Shown here piece by piece: positions 55,411 through 64,000 of a stretch of 64,000 nt of DNA. The notes beneath the pieces are model-generated. The model searched no databases, had not been told where the DNA came from, and saw only the letters and a program-made list of their open reading frames with translations. Every line of letters begins with the position of its first letter. Position 1 is the first letter of the stretch. The position numbers and the translations under genes were made by a program. Source of the DNA: Yuukianura sp. NJ FZ-2021 (lineage: Eukaryota); assembly GCA_046563655.1 (NCBI GenBank), contig CM102288.1, positions 4,526,001 through 4,590,000 on the forward strand, given 5' to 3'.

Positions 55411-58400
55411 ATGAGCTTCATTGACTTTGACACCAGTATTGAGTGTTCCCGTGGCTGTTTGACCCTGCCATTGGGGGAAGAAACCAACTACCACCTAAAT
55501 ACTACGTCAGACAGTATAGATACGACTTGTCCAGTAACTGCTCCCATGGAATCTCCAAATCCGGTTTCTCAAAACACTAATGGTGTCGGTACTACTTCAC
55601 GTCAAAAGAAACGTTTTTCAATTGAATTTGGTGAAGGTCTGGATGGAATCAGCGGTCCACCTAGTCCAAATGATTCATTTAACTACACTGCGTTCCTGGA
55701 AGAGTACAAATTTGAAGGAGATTCGTTGATTCGAAAGGCGGAGATGTCCGACGACGATGAGGAACTCAAAACTTCGGAAGAGGATAAAGGACTGAACCCT
55801 GAGACTGTCGAGAATCCTAACCAAATTGTTAGTAAATCAGACAAATTTTGCAAAGTACTTCCGCGTTTTTATTAAGTTTTTTGGCTATTTCTTTTTAAGG
55901 TTTCCCAAGTTCAAAGTGCCATTGAGAAGAAGGATGATCAAGTTCAGTTGCTAATTTCTAAATTGGAGGTTATGGTTCGAGAGAAGGAAGAGCAAAGGAA
56001 CGTATGCAACTGCATGAGAAGGTAGAAATGTTAACTTCAAAATATGCAATGCAATGTCATTATAATCACTCATCTTATCTGGATTTGCCTTAGATTTCGA
56101 AATTAGAAGACGAACTAAGGGGAGCTACAGAAAGTTTGGAATTTGATCAAAGCGAATTCGGTCCTGCAGAGCTGAGTTCCTATCTGCACTTACCTCAAAA
56201 CTTCGGCAAACGTCTCAGTCGGGGTCAGATCACTGAAAGTCCTAAAATACTAACATTGTCACAGGAAGCACAAACAGTTCCAACAGAAGTCTCAACCCAA
56301 GCAACTTCAACTTGCAGCCAACTATTGCCACAGATGCTTGAGTGTGGTACACAATTTGTTCCTACGCAAACTCATGCCGGGACACAAGTTGCTCAAATGG
56401 AATTCCATGACGCAGCTTCTCAAGCTGAAGAACCCAAGAAAGTTTATACTGACACTTCAACGCAGCAAACTGTAACTGGAAGTGACGTTGCTGTTCAAGC
56501 CACCCTTCCAGATGAAGCAATGATGTCAGGATGCAAATTTTTGCAAGAGAGTGTGGCATCTTTGAAGATGGAATTGAAATCGCTTCGTGAAACGGCATCC
56601 CAACAGTTGAGGTTGGATTCGATTGGACCGGAACTGCTTCGGTCTTTTTCGAGCATCGAAGCGGCAACTCGATCCGAACTTGAATCCCTGAAGCAAACGC
56701 ACGCTCAAGAATTACTGAATGAACGTGAAGAAAAAGAAGAATTGAAGAAAAGTTTAGATTTGGCTCAGGATCGTGTCAAGGAAAAGGAAGAAGAAATCTT
56801 GGAATTGAAAATCAGAATTGCTCAGGTCAGGACAGGATGAAAGTCGAACGAAGTGTTTTTCATTATTTCCATAATTTTGTATTTGTTTTCCATTGCAGTT
56901 AGAGTATTCCAACAAAAGAGTTTCAGAACCGAAACTGATTTCCTTTTCTTCCCGAATGTCACCAGAAGGAAGTGAATTGGACGTGGATAACATATCTCTG
57001 CCTTCGGATTCAATCAGTCAGAGTAACAAAGTCAAGGTTGTGACATTGCCAGACGTGTCAATTCCAGAAGAAGATTCTAAATCAGAACATTACGAGATCA
57101 CTCGTACAAAGAAGGAATATCTATGGCTTACTCCTTCTGTTGACGTTGCAAATGAGCAGGAAACCAATCAAGGGAACACGGGCTCTTTCCCCAACAGTGT
57201 CACACCGACAAATGTCGTGGAAGATTTGAAACTCCAGGTACCAATATTACAAAATAAGTCTGCGCAGTTTACAGGAATTTTTACAGATACTTGAAAATAT
57301 TTTTTCGTTTGCAGTTGCTTGACCTCGAAAAGAAATTTGGATCCAACCTACGCTACCTCGAAGAACAGACAGTAGAGAGAGAACTGGAACGAGACGAATT
57401 TCACCGCGAATCTCAAGAATTTCAGCGTAGACTTCAAGAACTTCAGCGTGACCGTGATCACCTTCAGGAGCTAAGCAATAATCAGAAGATGGAATTGGAT
57501 GAACTGGACCAACGCTTGGCAGAGGAGTCGGCTCGATTTGAGTCCGAACTTGCCCAGAAAACAGAGAAGCTTGAGACTGATTTGAAAAATTCAATTGATA
57601 AGGTTCGCTTCCAAACCAACTCTCTTTTGTTATCATCAGTTTACTTCCTTACCACAATGTTTTGTGTGTTATTTTAGATTTATGAACTCCGAGGAATAAT
57701 CCGTGACCTGGAAGAGCACATTGACCTTTCGACCGCCAATGTAGGAGAACTGAGAGAAACGAATGAAATCCTACGTGAAGAGTTGGAGAAAATGATTCGA
57801 GAGAAAGTGGAAGAATCGCTGCTCAAGCCGTCTGACGATACATTATTTGTCACTGCAAATGCCGAATGGGCACAAGATGAGTTGTTGTCTCAAGTCCAAG
57901 ACTTGGCTGACCGCCTTACCAAGAAATTGTCGGATTTAGAAAATTACAAATGGTCCGCATCAGTTTCACGACCTGGTTCTGGAGGGTCAAACGCCTCCGG
58001 TCACACTTCAGTATGCAGTGAAGATGTTTCTGTTCGGTGAGTTGACTTCAATACTTCGGTTTGAGTTCCAAATTTTTCTAACCGATTTTGATTTTTCAGT
58101 GACATTGTGCACGCTGCTTCTGGAATGTCGAGAGATCAAGAATTGACAGCAAACGAATTGCTCCATGGAATTCGTCGACTCGACGTTCACTTTGAGAATT
58201 TTGTCAAATTCGAGGAAATCATGATGAAGAAATTGCGGGATACGGAAATCCGATTGGGACAGACTATGAAACGACAAAATGTGAGATTCTTTATCATAAT
58301 TTAAAAATTTTGAATCATAATTCAAGAATTTTGAATCAAATGCTGAATTTCATTAGGAACTGGAACTGGAGAAATGTGCTTGCCAAGAGCAATTGAAGGA

Positions 58401-60948
58401 ACAGATGCTGCGAGTATCTCATCTTGAAAGTCTTCTGGACCAACGACGGTTTGAGCCTTCACCAAATACGCTTACCCTGAGTGACTTGAGAACGCGAGTC
58501 AAGACTCTCACAGAAGAATTAGAACAAGCCAAAGGTCAAAGTCGTTTGAAAACTATTGAGGTGAGCACATAATAATTTGCAAATGCAGAAGATTTGTACT
58601 CGTTATAATCTCCTCCATTAACTGAATGAAATTAGCTGGATGACTTGAAAGAGAAAATGGCCGCTAGCTTAGCACTGAGAACAAACCAAAGTGGATTTCT
58701 TAACGTCAATGGAAGACCCAACCTTGCTCCTCAAGCACTAAAACTATCAATGACAACACAGACGAAAGCACCAATCAACATCAACAGAAATACGCAAACG
58801 CCTGAGTGGCAAGCTCCAGTTCTGGTGGATGCAACGAGTCAAACTGCCCCACCATTTCACTTTCCGTCGGACATGGACATGTCTTCAATCACTGGAGCTC
58901 CAGCGCCCCTCCATTCGACACCAACTGAACCTCAGCAGACTCATAAAAATTCTAAACTTGGCAATCAACAAAGTCCACTGTTTCAAAGTCTGTTTGCTGG
59001 TGGAGAACTGTTTCCACCGGAAGCCTTACGACGAGAAGCACCACAACTGTCAGCGATTGCTCTTCATGAAGGGTTTGAAGATCACAGACTTCATAGTCTG
59101 CCTAACGTTCTACCTCCAAAATCCCGAAGTACAAACAGCACAAGTCTTGGTATCAACAATAACGTAAGATTTCTCCAAATTTTGATTTCAAAAATCACAT
59201 GCCAGTTTAAAATTTTTGTTTACTGTTTTTACCGTAGAAACTGATATCTTTACCGACAATGTCCGAACACTCTCCGAACACAACTGCCGAGGACTCTAAT
59301 GAAATCAGCATGGAAAATGATAGAAGTGGTACCCTGTTGGAGAGGCCAGTCAATTCGCCTGTCACAACAATTGCTCAGAATCGGGACGACGAAATGGCGT
59401 TACTCCTAGAAGTTCAAAAACTCAAATCGCAAAACGGAACTTTCCTGAATTCCGGTTCACTCGAATCACAACATCAAAAATTTTTGGAATCGAATACAGC
59501 TCCTACTGCTGATGCTGCGAAGAATAGTGAAACTTTGCTCAAAACAGCTCAGTCCACTGTTGAAAAACCGAAAACAGTCGAGAATGAATTGAGAGCTCTG
59601 CTCAGTGCTGCAGAGAAAGAAAAAGGGGAACTTGAGTGGCGGCTGGAAGCATGCGAGGCTGAAGCGCTGACATTGAGAACAGCACTGGAAGAGGAACAGA
59701 AGAAATTTGCTGCAGCTCAGGCAGGAGTTGTTAAGTTGGGAGCAGTTAGAGAAGAGTGTGAGCGGAAGGTGAAGGACCTTGAAGAACTTTGTGCTCTTCG
59801 TACATTTCAATTGGAGAAATTAGAAATTCAGATGAGTGTAGAACGGAAGTGCTTGGAGAAGGAATTGGAAAGACTTCGTGTCCAATTGGAGTCAGAGACA
59901 AAGGAGAGACGTGCTGTTCAAGAAGCATTTGATTCTGCTAAACAACATTTGCAGCGACATCTCACTACGGATCAGACGCTCCGTGAAGAAAATTTGAGAT
60001 TGATGGGAGAACTGAGGACACTGCGGGAGTTGAGGTTGGTCCAAGCTGCTGAAATTGACTCTCTCGCACAAAAACAAACTAAAACACAAATCAGCGATTC
60101 TGGAGCTACGGAAAGACCAAACACATTTAGACATCCAGACCAGCCGAAGCGATTGCCACTGTCAGCTATAACGAACAGTCAGGTCAGTATTCAACATTTC
60201 GGATTTCAATTCTAGAAGTTTTGGTAGTTTTTCATAAAATTTTGTTTGTTTTTCAGAATCTCGAAAATCTGGAGCTTTACTTGAGAGCCAAAAGCTACCG
60301 AAAAGCTTTGACATGGCAGAAGAAGTACTTGATTTTAGTAATTCAAGGATACAAAGATCTGCTAGACCAAAGTGGAGCCGGAGTTCCTTATCCAGAAATT
60401 CTTCAAAATGAAATTCCATTGACTCCGACGTCTCTTGGACTCATTGACCTGACGTCACCAGTCACGAGATTCAGGTAGCTTTGAAAATTAGATTACGCAA
60501 GGACAAAAATGCTTAAACGAGTTTGCTAAAAAGTTCATTTTTGTTTTCTTTTTTAAGAATTTGCGCAAAAGCAGTTTTGGCTACCGTCCGAATGAAGTTC
60601 ATGGTGCGTCGCTGGGAAGGAAGAAACCGCCTAAACCGTCCAGCTCTTGAAATTTTAGAAAATAGACAACGGAGGAGCAACAATTTGAACAATGGAAGTC
60701 GTAGGGGCTCCGTTCACTCTGGTCCTTGGCGCAGTCTCAGTGTAGTTCCTGGGTTAACACTTAGCTCTCTATCTTCAGCACCTCCTACGCAAGGACCGAT
60801 GCTGAACAACGGTGGAGCAGCAGACCCTGAAGAAATGGAAACAGTTTTGTCGGACTATTTGCGAAGAATTCAGTCACTGGAGTCAGAAGTTGAAGGAGTT
60901 TTTAAAAGGAAGGCGGATACGGGTCAGCAGAACAAGAAATTTAATTGA
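55411..60948 (+). CDS. Pericentrin/AKAP9-like centrosomal coiled-coil protein with C-terminal PACT domain, ~12 exons
   Basis: Long coiled-coil exons including LEEQTVERELERDEF, and the PACT motif LYLRAKSYRKALTWQKKYL...RFR..AVLATVRMKFMVRRW. Confidence 0.88.
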
Positions 60949-61268
60949 GTTTGATAGAATTCGTTTTTTTAGGTGTTGAGTTTGACACTAACTGAACAGC
61001 ATGAGCCATGACTTTTTAGTTTCCTACTGTTTTTCTATTTAATTTACCCAAACTGCCAACTAATGTGTAGTTAATTATTTAATAGAAACTCTATGGACTC
61101 AAGAACTTGTTTCAGTAAAGACTTGCAGAGAAAATCGGTGATAATTGGTGTTAATCAGGCAAATTATAATATAGATAATAATATAATTAATTAATATAAA
61201 TTAATTAATTAGTATTACGCCATCACGTAAACAACACGTCAACTGAACTGGTCAGCTACTGCTAGATT

Positions 61269-62905
61269 TTAACATTTTCGGGCTCGTTTGGAACCTTGAG
61301 CGAATGGAGCAGTCGGATTGGTGTCGAGATAGTAAGCCCCGCTAGCCCTGAATTTGGAAATTTTACATTGCAAATCTTTTTAAAATTCAAATTTTCGGAT
61401 TTTTATTAAATTCAATTCCTTACGAAGTAGAGACAAATGCTCCCATAAGTACTGGTCCTGTTCGGCATCCTTCTTTCTCGAAATTTTCGTAGCTACTACA
61501 GTGATAGGCTTTGAATCCAATTTTAGTTGTAATAGATTCCACGTAGTACTGATGCGCTCGGCTATGGCTGCTGCAACTGTCTAAAACAAAGATTTAGAAC
61601 AAAACTAAACGCGAAAATGGGCTAAGTTAAGCCTAAACTGCATCCGTTGTAACCACCGCGGCCATATTTTGTTAAAACTTGTAACTTACAACCGTTGCAT
61701 ATTTGTAACCACCCTGTTAATATACTGGATGATTACAATTCAAGAGATGCGTCTGAATTTAAAAAACATTACCTGTGGTTACATACGTAAGCACTTTGTG
61801 CAACCAATGAGCGTTTGTGGTTACACTTTGTGGTTACAAGGAATGCAATGTAGGTTTACCCCAACCTCAAAATGTTCAAATAATTTCGCTTTTTTAGAAC
61901 TTGTTCTATTTTGTACCTGGATTTCCCTGTTCTTCGCAGCCAGGCTGATGTTTGCCGCCGTTGGGGTAAAATTCTGCCGTTCCGCTAACCAAATCTGGAC
62001 TAGTTGTGTTGCACCCTTGATGGCAAAACTAAAGCAAGCACTTTTTATTATGAAAACTGCACAGCATTACATACCAAATAGACTATGTTTTTCAGAAATA
62101 TTTTATGGAACTGTAGTTCAGTGTTTTTCGAACCGTGGTGATGACATCTACAAAGTCGGCGTCTTTCGGGTCAAGACGTTCCTTGGGGTCACTTGTTTGC
62201 GAAAACTGGTGTACCCACGGATCAAGTCCAGTGACTCTCTGCAATTTCGTGTTTCTCGGAAGGTTTCGTGCAATGAAAGCACCGATTTGTGCTCCCAAAC
62301 TGTGTCCAATATGGTGAAAATCAGCGTATTTGGAGTACTGATGCCTCACTAAAGTTTTCATTAGTTTTGCAATTTCGGCTCCAACGTTTTCAGTATTTTT
62401 GACTGCAGAGGAGTAGGAGACGTCCATGGCGGCCCAACTGACCAAAATTATGTTGTAACTATCGGAAAGTGACAGATAAGCTACGGAGGAACGAGAAAGT
62501 TAACCTTTGACCTTTGAACTTTTTTTTTCAAAATATTTTTGAAACTGTTACCATCTTTAGTGCTTTGTGGAAATCCTGATTTATAGTCAACCCCATGGCC
62601 GTGGGAAATAAATTTAACGGGTTTGTTTTTGACAAATTTTGAGTCCGAGATGGTTTTCCATTTGCTTGCTTTGAGTTCTTGCTCTTGACCTATTTCAGTG
62701 TTTGACCTTGAGGAATGCAAATTTTGAAAAGCAAACACAAATAAGAAGTTTTTAAAAATGGAATTTTGCAAACTCACTTTGTGTACAGAAAAAACTGAGG
62801 TGGAGACGCGGTGTTGTTTTTATGTCGCTTTTTTGCAACAACTCCGAATGCTGGCAGCGAAATCACAAATACTAAAACCAGACTAAAATTTTGCAGCGTC
62901 CGCAT
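61269..62905 (-). CDS. Secreted pancreatic lipase / phospholipase A1 family protein, 6 exons
   Basis: Signal peptide, HG oxyanion region, HHIGHSLGAQI (catalytic Ser), RVTGLDP (Asp), DADFVDVI, FYPNGGKHQPGC, CSSHSRA (His), GAYYLDTN. Confidence 0.92.
61620..61866. mobile_element. MITE, GGTTG-terminal family (degenerate), in a lipase intron
   Basis: Imperfect inverted repeat AAGCCTAAACTGCATCCGTTGTAACCAC / GTGGTTACAAGGAATGCAATGTAGGTTT, right end TTTACCCCAACC, flanks CGAAAATG / TCAAAATG, repeated TGTGGTTACA. Confidence 0.65.
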
Positions 62906-63589
62906 TTCCAAAGCCAATTTACTGAATTATTTTTTCAAAATTTTCAAAATCTCTATGTTCTAGTTAGGGAGCGGAAGTGTTATTTGTCGCTTGCTAGACT
63001 TTCTTCAAAAAATTTTCCAAAAATATTAGTACAACTCATCAATAACTTCAAAATTGAAATGGGGTCAACCTCAACAGGAATAAAAAGAATAAAGCACATG
63101 AAAATCCAAGACATTTTTAGGTCACGTCATGTTTTGGATTCCTTCTTAAAACGTCTATACGTCTAAACCTCTACTTTTTTTTTAAACTGAAAACTAAAAA
63201 ACTGTTTTTGACCTTTGACACAAAACGTGAAATGGTTCCGAAATACTTTTAGTGACACATAAAATGACATAATTTGTAAGATAACCTGTGTGTATTGCAA
63301 AATGTTTGTGGATTTGATAAGATTCGTTTTAGCACGGCACCTTATGACCTTGGAATCACATAAGATAAAACTGTGTCAATCGCTAAACAGCATAATGCAA
63401 AATCAATCAGCCCAAAAAAGCACGATTTTAGCTAAATTTTAGATTTTAGAAGTATAAAATCTTGTTCCATTTATGAAATTGATCTCGGAAGTGGTGTCCA
63501 GAATACTTTTGCATTGTTTTTATAACTTTTTGAAAACACATCATTCCCAATTTTCCATTTTGATTTAGATTGACCTTTGACCTTAAAAG

Positions 63590-63949
63590 ATGAGTAGCGA
63601 AGTTGCAGGTTCTTCTTATAATACAGAACCCACACGATACATCAATTACCGCTACTTCATTACACCTCCAGGGATTTTGAAATTAGTTGAAGTGGTTAGT
63701 ATTTCTAAACATGTAAACTTCATTTTTAAAACTAATCAATTAATTGAATTAGTTAACTATTTTGGTGCTTTGTGACAGGTATTTTGCTCAATTTGTTTTG
63801 GCACAGCTTCACCGCCCTACCTTGGTGTCAATATATTTTTACTAGTCGTAGCATACTTGACGCTTGCCTGCAACTGTGCCTGGATTGTCATCTACCTCTT
63901 CAACATCAACACCAAATTCCAACATCCCAAATTCTCATGGCCAATTGTC
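63590..63949 (+). CDS. MARVEL-domain (CMTM/plasmolipin-like) protein, 5' part (continues beyond the window)
   Basis: INYRYFITPPGILKLVEV|VFCSICF followed by a hydrophobic helix and FSWPIV|gtaag; exons 63590-63694 and 63779-63949. Confidence 0.75.
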
Positions 63950-64000
63950 GTAAGTTTTAGTAGTTAAGATCAATTAGCCAATTGTTAAGTCAAAGTTGAT

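Noticed and set aside
61669..62352. 227-aa plus-strand ORF
   Set aside because: Antisense to lipase exons and running through a MITE; no recognisable domain and no ATG start.

Overview
Gene-dense, AT-rich eukaryotic DNA with many short GT-AG introns. It looks like a compact arthropod genome; a springtail-like hexapod is plausible but cannot be proven from this window. About 23 protein genes were assembled by eye from splice sites and ORFs: a small secreted His/Gly-rich protein, a possible micropeptide, an orphan 4-TM protein, an Arg-rich double HMG-box protein, TMEM184B, SDHD, PTPMT1, RpL3, Arl8, ATAT1, NDUFB10, MTRES1, KIAA0319-like, a divergent Ran, an F-box/LRR protein, a Shisa-like protein, SLIRP-like, METTL23, SIRT7, an orphan membrane protein, a divergent nAChR-like subunit, pericentrin-like (PACT), a lipase and a partial MARVEL gene. 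RpL3 introns carry four snoRNA candidates (U17/snR30, SNORD83-like, two SNORD43-like) and a structured element over a candidate poison exon. Other highlights are an apparently dicistronic METTL23-SLIRP unit (11 nt from stop to ATG), a family of GG-ended 8-bp-TSD MITEs (one inside the METTL23/SIRT7 divergent promoter), and strong enrichment of perfect nuclear-receptor DR1/IR1 motifs. All family assignments rest on motif recognition from memory; no database searches or folding programs were run.
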